The notes under the pieces were generated by a model. The model was not told the DNA's origin, made no database searches, and saw only the letters and a list, made by a program, of their open reading frames with translations. Position numbers and translations under genes: made by a program. A stretch of DNA of 64,000 nucleotides from a virus, in IMG/VR virus record IMGVR_UViG_3300004369_000003, positions 1-64,000 of that record, one strand, 5' to 3'. This document shows, piece by piece, positions 54,194 to 64,000 of this stretch. Position 1 is the stretch's first letter; every line of letters begins with the position of its first letter.

Positions 54194-55761
54194 TGTCTGA
54201 CGAGTTGCGGGAGTACACAGTTACCGCACCAGACATGGAAACTACAGACTCCATCTGGGACGACTTACTTACTGATGAGCCCACTCCTGACACAATCCCC
54301 GACCGAGTTGTAGAGGTCGCTAACGAGCGAACAAACAACCCAAGAAATACTTCCTACTTTCTTACAGATGCAGAGGCAGAAGCCCTAAGACAAGACCCAC
54401 GGGTTGAGGCTGTTGAGAATGTAAACGAAATTCCCATTCGTAAGCGTGCTTTTCAAGATGGGACTTTTGACAAATTAACGACTCAGACGGGGGAAAAGTT
54501 TAACTGGGGACTTCTTCGTCACATCAGCGCTACAAACAATTTTGGAACATCTACGACCGACCCTGGTGGAACATACGATTACGTTTTAGACGGAACTGGT
54601 GTTGATGTTGTAATTGTTGACAGCGGAATTCAAGCAGACCACCCAGAGTTTGAGGACGCAGAGGGCAATAGTCGAGTACAGCAAATTGACTGGTTCACCG
54701 AGAGCGGTGTTTCAGGAACTATGCCTTCTGGTTTTTATGTTGACTATGACGGGCACGGAACTCATGTTGCTGGAATCGTCGCTGGAAAAACTTTTGGCTG
54801 GGCTAAAAACGCAAACATTTATTCAATAAAACTTTCTGGTTTAGAGGGCCCATCTGACCCAGTTCAAGGTATCAGTGTTGCAAATGCCTTTGACTGCATT
54901 GTCGGTTGGCATAACAACAAAACAAATGGGAACCCAACTGTTGTCGTAAACAGCTGGTCATACATCATATATTGGGATGAGGCATCGGACGAGTTGACTT
55001 TTAACGAAGTCACTTATTATCCAGTAACGGGAGGCTCTTATCAGGGAACGCCTCACAGTGACACCACAAAAGACCCAGCAAAGGGCCTAACTGGTCAACA
55101 GGTTGACACGACTCTTTATGTTTTTAACTACAGAGTTTCCTCCGTTGACGCAGATGTTCAGACGATGATTAACTCTGGAATAGCTATCTGTAATGCTGCT
55201 GGTAATGGTGGAATTAAGCAAGACATCTCTGGCGGTCAGGATTACGACAACTATGTAACCGCAACTGGTCTTTCAAATTATTACTACCATCGAGGTAGTT
55301 CTCCGCACTGCAATTCAAGCCCTGGTTTTGAAGTTGGCTCATTTGGAACAAACTTTATCTCAGGAACTGAAGCAAAGTCTGTATACAGTGATGCTGGCCC
55401 AGGAGTAAATATTTACGCTGCAGGTGACAGGATTATGAGCGCCATGAGCATTACAAATATTGACGCTAGTGCCTATGACTACCACGCAGACGCTGGGTAT
55501 AAACAACAACTACTAAGTGGCACTTCTATGGCTGCTCCCCAAATTGCTGGAATGTGCGCTCTCCTTCTCCAGGCCCACAGAGACTGGACCCCCCCTCAAG
55601 TCGTGGGCTGGATGCAAGATAAGGCTCGCCCAGTTCTACATTCAACTGGTCAGAGTACGGACTACGCGGTTACCTCAAGTCTGTACGGAGGGCCAAATCG
55701 TCTTGCCTGGATGCCCATGAACGGGCAAAAAGTTTATTCTATCTCTGAAGTGGCTGTTTGA
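54193..55761 (+). CDS. Subtilisin-like S8 serine protease
   Basis: VIVDSG, HGTHVAG, AAGN and GTSMAAP catalytic motifs; N-terminal prodomain. Confidence 0.92.
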
Positions 55762-55834
55762 GCGGGGTCTTGGTGAAAATGTTCTGTAGTAAACTAGATA
55801 ATAGATTTCCTGAGAAAGTGACGGTGACTCGCAA

Positions 55835-57261
55835 ATGGCTGTAACTCGCGTAGGTTCGGCAAAGCCTCTTGCCAACGTTGATACTGCCCTGCCCGCAGTT
55901 ACGACCACGGGCGTTGCTTCTGTCATTGCGGCAAACACCGAATTCAGTACTTCTCTAGCGACTATCTACCTCCAACCAGCAAATACGATTGATGAGGGAA
56001 GTCGAGTCTACTTAGCATCAAACCTTTCAATCACTGCTGGTCAGTCCTTTGAGACTTTCCGTTTTGCCGTGCAGTCTGGAGATGCTGTCCACGTTTTGGC
56101 TGACACAGACAATGTAGTTTTTTCAATGTCTTTGGTCTACGAAATTATTGGACCAAACAAAGTCTTCTATCAACTAGTTGAGCCACAGTACCCAGAAGTC
56201 GGCCACATTTGGGTAAAGAGTTCAACTGGTCAAGTCTTCTTCTATAACAACGACACCCAATGGGATGAACTTGCTTATATTGGCGACGGTCCAACTGGAC
56301 CCACTGGGCCTCAGGGACCAGTTGGCGCTCAAGGAGTTACTGGACCTCAAGGGTCTGGTGTAAACATCCTTGGAACATACGCAACTCTTGAACTTCTTCA
56401 AGCCGATACTCCTGTTGGAAATATTGGTGATGGTTACATCATTCAGGGCGACCTCTACATTTGGTCAGACCTAAACCAAGAGTGGTCAAACGTTGGTGCT
56501 ATTCAAGGCCCGACAGGTGCAACAGGCCCGACAGGTGCGGTAGGACCTACAGGTGCAGATTCGACTGTTGAAGGTCCAACTGGTCCAACGGGACCTTCTG
56601 GAGGTCCAACAGGGCCAACGGGGCCTACAGGTCCCACGGGTGCAACTGGTGCAACTGGAGCAGATAGTCAGGTCCAAGGACCCATTGGGCCGACTGGTCC
56701 TACTGGTCCCACGGGACCAGACGGTCAACTAGGGGCAACTGGCCCTGTAGGGGCTACAGGTGCTTCAGGAGTTATAGTTTCTGCTACGGCCCCAGAAGAC
56801 ACAGATGTTGTTTGGGTGGATACAAGTGTTGCTGGTGGGTATTCGGTATTTCAGCCCCACATTCAGGTTTTCTTTTCCAACGCTCTCGCTGATTCAAGCG
56901 GTGTTTGGACCGTAACCCCGAGCGCTAGTGCCATTTTTGGTGGAACTATTATTAGCTCTGGTCTGCAAGACGAATATGCAGAGTGGAACATCTCCGTAGT
57001 CCCTGGAACTTATGAACTTACGCTTTTGCATACAGAGGCAAACAACCGAGGAATTTATACTGTTTCAATTGATGGAACCACTGTTGGAACAATTGACGGA
57101 TATTCAGCCTCTGTTGCTGGAACTTTCGACAGAATTAGTTCAATCGCAATCACCGCAGCGGGGTACGTCCCCATCAGGTTCACCATGGCAACAAGAAACG
57201 GGAGTAGTGCCAACTACTACGCCAGCATTTCTGGATTCACTCTGACAAGGACGGGCGACTA

Positions 57262-57262
<1 letters not shown>
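55835..57262 (+). CDS. Collagen-containing fibre protein with C-terminal beta-sandwich (CBM-like)
   Basis: [10 protein letters not shown]-domain, GPT runs, GTYELTL...[10 protein letters not shown]. Confidence 0.8.
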
Positions 57263-58377
<1,115 letters not shown>

Positions 58378-58434
58378 CCATAACCTCCTCCCAACTGTTA
58401 TAGTGGTGTTTGCCACTACAGATGGAGAGAAATA

Positions 58435-59010
58435 ATGACTCAGGTTCCGAATTGGTTCGCCAATGACGGTCAAAAAAATTTTTCTGAGTTTTTGGTTGAG
58501 TACCAAGACAAACCTTTTCGAGCTTTGCAGATAGGCGCGTACACTGGTGATGCAAGTGTGTGGCTTTATCACAACATCTTAAAAAATCCAGAGTCCGTAC
58601 TTATAGACGTAGACACTTGGGGTGGCTCCGACGAACCTGCCCACCACCAACTCAACTGGTCAAGCATTGAGACGCTTTACGACCACAAGACCGCATCAGG
58701 TCGCGAACAGAGAAAAATTATTAAGTACAAAGGAACCAGTGACTCGTTCTTTCGAAACAACCGAGAGATGTACGACTTCATCTACATTGACGGTGACCAC
58801 ACTGCTTACGGCGTCATAAAAGATGCTGTCAGTGCCTATGAATGTCTCAAAGTCGGTGGAGTCCTGGCTTTTGACGACTACCAGTGGTCTGCTGGTTTAG
58901 GAGCAACTAAAGAGCCAAAACCAGCGATTGATGCTTTTTACACTATCTATATGGATAGAATAAAGGTTCTAGTAAACGGATATCAGTTCTGGGTCAGAAA
59001 GACGGTGTAG
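58435..59010 (+). CDS. SAM-dependent methyltransferase (Methyltransf_24-like)
   Basis: LQIGAYTG, VDTW.GS, DFIYIDGDH and LKVGG..AFDDY. Confidence 0.85.
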   Translation: MTQVPNWFANDGQKNFSEFLVEYQDKPFRALQIGAYTGDASVWLYHNILKNPESVLIDVDTWGGSDEPAHHQLNWSSIETLYDHKTASGREQRKIIKYKGTSDSFFRNNREMYDFIYIDGDHTAYGVIKDAVSAYECLKVGGVLAFDDYQWSAGLGATKEPKPAIDAFYTIYMDRIKVLVNGYQFWVRKTV

Positions 59011-59014
59011 ACAG

Positions 59015-60592
59015 ATGAGTGACGAAGACAGAGCTAGATTTGTAGTTGTTGGTGGTGGGACTGCTGGATGGCTTTCAGCTCTTTACGTTAGATACAAGAT
59101 GCCATCTGCCAAAGTTATTCTTGTTGAGTCAGACTCCATTGGCATTCTAGGCGCTGGCGAGGGGACAACTCCTTCTTTTCTTTCTCTCATTGAAGAACTA
59201 AAAATTCCTCTATCTAGACTGGTCAAAGAAACAAGCACGACCATTAAAAATGGAATCAAGTTTACTAACTGGACTGGAGATGGAAGCCACTACTACCACG
59301 GTTTTTCTGCAAGTTCAGAAGTCGGGTTTAGCGCTTTTGACAATCCGCAGTTTCTCAGTGACACGAGTCTTTTGTTCGGTTATGGAATCTCGCAGAATAA
59401 ACCTTTTGAAGATTTTAGTTTTTCGGAAAAGTTGAGTGAAAGCAACAAGGTTCCGTTTCATGTTCATCCAGAGTACGAGAATCAACTAATCCCAGACCCT
59501 ATATTCAAATACATGTACGACGCTAATTATGCCGTTCATTTTGATGCAATCGCTCTAGCAGAGTTTCTAAAGACCATTGCAATAGATGAAAGAAACATTG
59601 TTCGAGTTGAGGGCAAGGTCGTTTCTTACGAAAAAGACTCTGCTGGAGATATCAAGTCAATAACTTTAGATAGTGGTGAAGAGATTGAAGCCGACTTTCT
59701 TCTAGATTGCACTGGATTTGCAAAAAAATTTATAGGTGAGTCTTATGAATCAGAGTGGAACAGCCACTCAAAGAGCCTCACTGTCAACTCTGCTTTCCCT
59801 TTCTTTCTTCCCTCTGATGACAGTATCCCTGCTTACACAGAGTCAATAGCAATGAAGTACGGGTGGGTGTGGAAGATTCCTCTTCAGCACAGGTACGGCT
59901 GTGGCTACGTTTTTGACTCTAACTATCTAAACGATGAGGATGCAAAGCAAGAAATAGTAGAAATGCTCGGGTTTGAGCCGAAGTGGCCTCGGGAAAGTTC
60001 TTTCAAGTTTGAGCCTGGTTATTTCAAAACTCCTTGGGTGAACAACTGCCTAGCGGTAGGGTTGTCTAGCGGTTTTATTGAACCTCTTGAAGCGACATCT
60101 ATCTGGGCAACCATTATTTCTTTACGAGAAGCATTCAAAGACATCAACAGAGTTCTCAATAGAAACGACCAATACGTTGAGGATTTCAATAACAAGATGT
60201 GTGGGGTTGCAGAAGAGATTTTTGAGTTTGTCTACTTCCACTACATGGGCGGAAGAAGCGACACGGAGTTTTGGAAGCACTACCAAGACCAAAACAACAT
60301 TCCCGAAAGAGTAGAAAAGATGCTCAAGGTCTGGGAGTACAGAACTCCTAGATATTCAGACTTCTCAAAGTTGTTCCTTCTTGAGAGCTGGCTTTCCGTC
60401 GGTTACGGACTCGGAAAAACAAACGAAGCCCTCTATAAAGAAGTATTTGAGGTCAACAAAGTCCCTGAGTTTGTCAACGAAGACTACGGTCATCTTAAGA
60501 ATCAACAAGAACTAGTAATTGATAAGTCAATGGACCATAAAGAGTTCCTTGAAGACTTGAAGTCATCTAACCTAGGGCTTCAGCCACTGTAA
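59015..60592 (+). CDS. Flavin-dependent (tryptophan halogenase-like) halogenase
   Basis: GGGTAG, GAGEGT, catalytic-Lys region TIKNGIKF, WVWKIP (WxWxIP) and FIEPLEAT. Confidence 0.9.
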   Translation: MSDEDRARFVVVGGGTAGWLSALYVRYKMPSAKVILVESDSIGILGAGEGTTPSFLSLIEELKIPLSRLVKETSTTIKNGIKFTNWTGDGSHYYHGFSASSEVGFSAFDNPQFLSDTSLLFGYGISQNKPFEDFSFSEKLSESNKVPFHVHPEYENQLIPDPIFKYMYDANYAVHFDAIALAEFLKTIAIDERNIVRVEGKVVSYEKDSAGDIKSITLDSGEEIEADFLLDCTGFAKKFIGESYESEWNSHSKSLTVNSAFPFFLPSDDSIPAYTESIAMKYGWVWKIPLQHRYGCGYVFDSNYLNDEDAKQEIVEMLGFEPKWPRESSFKFEPGYFKTPWVNNCLAVGLSSGFIEPLEATSIWATIISLREAFKDINRVLNRNDQYVEDFNNKMCGVAEEIFEFVYFHYMGGRSDTEFWKHYQDQNNIPERVEKMLKVWEYRTPRYSDFSKLFLLESWLSVGYGLGKTNEALYKEVFEVNKVPEFVNEDYGHLKNQQELVIDKSMDHKEFLEDLKSSNLGLQPL

Positions 60593-60604
60593 GGGAGAAG
60601 AACT

Positions 60605-61675
60605 GTGAAAGTAGCTGTTTACACGATTGCTCTTAACGAACTTCAGTTTGTTGAGAAGTGGTTTGAGTCAGCAAAAGATGCTGATTACTTGCTCATTGCT
60701 GATACTGGGTCTACAGATGGAACGGTGGAGAAGGCTCGTGAGTTGGGCATCAATGTTGTCGATGTGCGTGTTAGCCCTTGGCGATTTGACGACGCACGCA
60801 ATGCGGCGCTCGCGGCACTTCCTCTTGACATCGACATGTGCGTGTCCCTTGACATGGATGAAGTCATCACTCCAGGGTGGAGACAAGTTCTAGAAGAAGC
60901 TTGGGACAAGGGAATCAACCGACCTCGGTACAAGCACATCTGGTCGTGGAACGAAGATGGTACGCCTGGTCTTGAGTTCTCCTACGACCACATCCACGCT
61001 CGCAAGGGGTTTCGTTGGCGTCACCCAGTACACGAGTGCATCTACTCCTACGGCATTGAAGAGGTTCAGGGTTGGATTGACGGCCTAGAAACGCACCACC
61101 ACCCCGACAATACCAAGAGCAGGTCTCAGTACCTGCCACTTCTCGCGCTTTCCGTGAAAGAAGACCCCTACAACGACCGCAATGCCTTTTACTACGGTCG
61201 TGAGTTGTACTTCTACGGTCGCTACATGGAGGCTGCAGCTGAACTTAAGCGCCACCTAGAGCTTCCTACGGCTCAGTGGGCCCCAGAGCGAGCAGCATCA
61301 ATGCGATTCATCGCCAAGTCACTTCCAGACGAGGCTGAAGTGTGGCTTAGAAGAGCAATTGAGCAAGCACCAGGTCGTCGTGAGCCATTTGTTGACCTGG
61401 CTAAGGTCTACTACGGTCGTCAGCAGTGGAGGCAGTGTTTAGAAGCCGCTGAGAGCGCCTTAGAGATTAAAGAGAAGCCTCTTGAGTATCTTTGTGAGGC
61501 AGAATCGTGGGGAGCAGCACCTTGGGACTATGCAGCAATTGCCGCTTACAACTTAGGTGAGTACGAAAAAGCCGCTGAGTACGCCAGAAATGCCGTAGAG
61601 ATTGAGCCCGACAACGAAAGACTTCGTTCAAACGTTCAATACTGCGAACTAGCAGCCGCTAAGTCTGCTTCTTAG
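60605..61675 (+). CDS. GT2 glycosyltransferase with C-terminal TPR repeats
   Basis: ADTGSTDGT, FDDARN, SLDMDE, W.HPVHE; TPR helices. Confidence 0.88.
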   Translation: MKVAVYTIALNELQFVEKWFESAKDADYLLIADTGSTDGTVEKARELGINVVDVRVSPWRFDDARNAALAALPLDIDMCVSLDMDEVITPGWRQVLEEAWDKGINRPRYKHIWSWNEDGTPGLEFSYDHIHARKGFRWRHPVHECIYSYGIEEVQGWIDGLETHHHPDNTKSRSQYLPLLALSVKEDPYNDRNAFYYGRELYFYGRYMEAAAELKRHLELPTAQWAPERAASMRFIAKSLPDEAEVWLRRAIEQAPGRREPFVDLAKVYYGRQQWRQCLEAAESALEIKEKPLEYLCEAESWGAAPWDYAAIAAYNLGEYEKAAEYARNAVEIEPDNERLRSNVQYCELAAAKSAS

Positions 61676-62207
61676 TCTTAGCTTTTGCGCGAGCCTTCTC
61701 TCGTTCACGAATCCTGGCTCGGCGTTCACGTTCCTTCTGCTTCTTTTCTTCTTTTTGCTGACGCTCAATTTGATAAGCAAGGACCGCATTCGCGCTTGTT
61801 CGACTACGCCATGCAAATCCGCAAACTGTACATGTAACAATTTTTGCTGTAGTCCACCGACCACCACCAGACATTTCTTGACTACTTGTTTCTAGTTTTG
61901 ATGGTCGTGCACTGCAGTAAGGACAGTGTGGGAACCTACGTCTGCGTGTTTCTTCTCCTTTGTAGGAGACAGATAGAGCGCGTCGTATCTCTACTTCGTC
62001 CTTTCCCCCCCAGATTCCCCAAATTTGGCGATGCTCCAGCGCCCATTGAATACATTGTTTTCTGACGGGGCAGCCATAACAGAGGTTTTTAGCCTCATAT
62101 CGTTCTTTGGGGTCCTTTGAGAAGAACCAGTCTCTGTTGTCTCTATGCTCTGGCTTGGAGCATGAAGCATCCACTTGCCATGTCAAGTTGTCTGCTGGTT
62201 CCCACAC
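61659..62207 (-). CDS. whiB: WhiB-family regulator fused to a zinc ribbon and basic tail
   Basis: C...C..CPV...C and GIWGG; then CPYC...CTVC. Confidence 0.88.
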   Translation of the reverse strand: MWEPADNLTWQVDASCSKPEHRDNRDWFFSKDPKERYEAKNLCYGCPVRKQCIQWALEHRQIWGIWGGKDEVEIRRALSVSYKGEETRRRRFPHCPYCSARPSKLETSSQEMSGGGRWTTAKIVTCTVCGFAWRSRTSANAVLAYQIERQQKEEKKQKERERRARIREREKARAKAKTKKQT

Positions 62208-62251
62208 GCAACCATACTACCTTATCGACTATAAAGTATGCGACTATTTTA

Positions 62252-62599
62252 CTATTTTTTGATGGAAATTTCAACCCAGGTCATTGGCAGTGGGTCGTCT
62301 ACATAGTCCCCATATTCGGTCTCAGCGTGTTCGTCACAGACCGTATATTCGGATTCCTGGTCCAAGAATCCAGCCCACCCAAACTCATAATGGGCGTCTT
62401 CAAACATCCTGAAACCATCTGAAAGAGAGTCTGCAACCCCATCTCGCTGGAGCGTGGAGGCGAGAGCCCTCCTGACAATTTCGTTATCTGTGTCTATGTG
62501 CTCAATGGTGTAATAGATAAGGTCGGCTTTTGTCTCTGGTTCATAACCATTGCCTTCCCACTCTCTCCAGAGCGACTCTCCCAATCTAATGTCTTTCAT
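62252..62599 (-). CDS. Hypothetical acidic protein
   Basis: 115-aa ORF in the minus-strand operon. Confidence 0.65.
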   Translation of the reverse strand: MKDIRLGESLWREWEGNGYEPETKADLIYYTIEHIDTDNEIVRRALASTLQRDGVADSLSDGFRMFEDAHYEFGWAGFLDQESEYTVCDEHAETEYGDYVDDPLPMTWVEISIKK

Positions 62600-62600
62600 G

Positions 62601-62912
62601 TCAGTCTTCTTCTTCTCTCTCCCAAAGTTCTAATTCAGAGAAGGTTGACGGACTACCACTTGTGATTTTGTGGTTTGTGAACATGTCTAGTTCTGGGTCC
62701 CTAAGTTCAAAAATTCCGCTGACTGTAATCTTCCCGCACTGGGAGCAAATTTCAACAGTTTGGGTGTTGTATTTATTGGGCACATCAACGCCTATGAGAC
62801 GAAGTTTGACATTACCTTCGTCATCAACACTTTCTGGTTCCCAGCGGGCGTGGTCTTTGAGCCAACAGGCTTCACATGTCGGCTGTGGCGTTAAGACTCG
62901 CTCTGCGCTCAT
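62601..62912 (-). CDS. Hypothetical zinc-binding protein
   Basis: CEAC and CSQC pairs. Confidence 0.65.
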   Translation of the reverse strand: MSAERVLTPQPTCEACWLKDHARWEPESVDDEGNVKLRLIGVDVPNKYNTQTVEICSQCGKITVSGIFELRDPELDMFTNHKITSGSPSTFSELELWEREEED

Positions 62913-63210
62913 ACAGATATTCTACCTCTTCAGGGAGAGCCGTATCTGGAACAAACCGCGATTTTCCTTGCCTTTTAATGAGTTTTCGCTCATTAGGAGT
63001 GAGACCTCCCCATACACCGTGAGTCTCGTTTTTTAATCCCCAAATAGCGCAATCAGTTTTGTATTCGCAAGTAGAGCAAACTTTTTTAGCGTCCCCATAC
63101 ATAGAGTCGTTTGTGCCATTTGATTCTGGGTCGTCTTTGTCTTGAGCAAAGAAGACGTTAACTCCGACTTCAGTACATGGTGCGTTTTGAAACTCCCAAG
63201 GACCTCTCAT
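62872..63210 (-). CDS. whiB: WhiB-family transcriptional regulator
   Basis: C...FF...AKKVCSTC....C and GVWGGLTPNER. Confidence 0.9.
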   Translation of the reverse strand: MRGPWEFQNAPCTEVGVNVFFAQDKDDPESNGTNDSMYGDAKKVCSTCEYKTDCAIWGLKNETHGVWGGLTPNERKLIKRQGKSRFVPDTALPEEVEYLYERRASLNATADM

Positions 63211-63215
63211 TTAGG

Positions 63216-63551
63216 TCAGTCGTTCCTATGGTTTTGTCCGACCTCATAACCACAACCAGCATAGCCAGCAATGTCAATCCAGGTATCTGGTTGAAAGCCA
63301 GCTTTAGAAACAAATCGAGCGAGCTTCACTCCGACCATAGCCATTGCTACTTCTTCGGGTGTGAACTCTCGCTCAAAGATGACTTCCCAAATCTTTGCAA
63401 TGTTGGTGAAGTTTTCCTCGGGACCCCCGTACTGCTTGTTCCTATCTCCGTTGATAATCCTTGCGGCTTCTCGGAGCGCTTGGACCCTTACGGGGGCATC
63501 ATCTGTAATTGGGACAGTCACCTGTGGTGTTGTCGTTTCGTCAGTTGACAT
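63216..63551 (-). CDS. DUF6378-like phage protein
   Basis: I.GDR..QYG.P..NF..IA..W, VKLAR and D.WIDIAGYA. Confidence 0.8.
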   Translation of the reverse strand: MSTDETTTPQVTVPITDDAPVRVQALREAARIINGDRNKQYGGPEENFTNIAKIWEVIFEREFTPEEVAMAMVGVKLARFVSKAGFQPDTWIDIAGYAGCGYEVGQNHRND

Positions 63552-63789
63552 CTTTCAACCTCGCAATCACTTCGGCGGTATATTCAAATTCACTAGAAAC
63601 GTCTTTTGTCTTTCTGACGATGAGTTCATAGTTAATCTTCGGTCTAGAGGTCTCTTCTTCGTCTTCCTCAAACTCGTCGTCTGGGTCGGACTCAGAAAGA
63701 AACTTATAGATGGCGGCTTCAGCGTTTGCTTTCAGTTCCGAATAACTATCTCCGCCAACTTCAAAATGAACAGTTGTCGTTGTTGACAT
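63541..63789 (-). CDS. Hypothetical protein
   Basis: Overlaps neighbours in the operon. Confidence 0.6.
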   Translation of the reverse strand: MSTTTTVHFEVGGDSYSELKANAEAAIYKFLSESDPDDEFEEDEEETSRPKINYELIVRKTKDVSSEFEYTAEVIARLKDVN

Positions 63790-64000
63790 TATGAAACCAA
63801 CTTTTCCAGTTTGTCTGGCGGATAGTGCGCTCCATCAAGAACTGGTTCTTTTCCATCTGTTGTTTTGATGATTACATCTCCGTAACGGACACCGACAACA
63901 ACACCGACGCGACCATTGTGGATTGTTCCAAGTTCGCCACCGAAAGCGTCAAACCTAACTCGAACTCTTTCGGCAACTCTGATGTCTCCTGGTCTTACTG
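63789..64000 (-). CDS. Partial hypothetical protein (start lies outside the window)
   Basis: Open frame ...RVRVRFDAF...HNGRVGVVVGVRYGDVII...KLVS*; stop overlaps the next ATG. Confidence 0.6.
   Translation of the reverse strand, partial: VRPGDIRVAERVRVRFDAFGGELGTIHNGRVGVVVGVRYGDVIIKTTDGKEPVLDGAHYPPDKLEKLVS

Overview
A 64-kb segment of a large tailed dsDNA phage (Caudoviricetes) using the standard genetic code. The host is very probably an actinobacterium: there are two WhiB genes, an FmdB-type zinc ribbon, actinobacterial-style nrdB/nrdJ, and many apparently leaderless TANNNT-N6-ATG starts. 1-25 kb is an accessory/metabolic region with five peptidoglycan hydrolases, class II RNR, an orphan class I RNR beta subunit, dCMP deaminase, ThyX, a C5 DNA methyltransferase, glycan-modifying enzymes, two tRNAs and a serine recombinase. 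25-32 kb holds the terminase large subunit, a primase-helicase and a phosphoesterase. 32.5-58.4 kb is a fibre/virion operon with seven Gly-Pro-Thr collagen-like genes, a 2876-aa protein and a subtilase. It is followed by a methyltransferase, a flavin halogenase and a TPR glycosyltransferase, then a convergent block with two WhiBs. Best leads: (1) a stand-alone 25-aa ORF with its own RBS that looks like only the CxxC C-terminal tail of NrdA and is coupled to nrdB; (2) a 19-bp asymmetric motif repeated six times at gene junctions, always on the same strand; (3) an RBS-bearing second protein nested out of frame inside the DNA methyltransferase; (4) a candidate virion-fibre glycosylation/halogenation cassette. 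All calls are from motif recognition by eye; no database searches were run.
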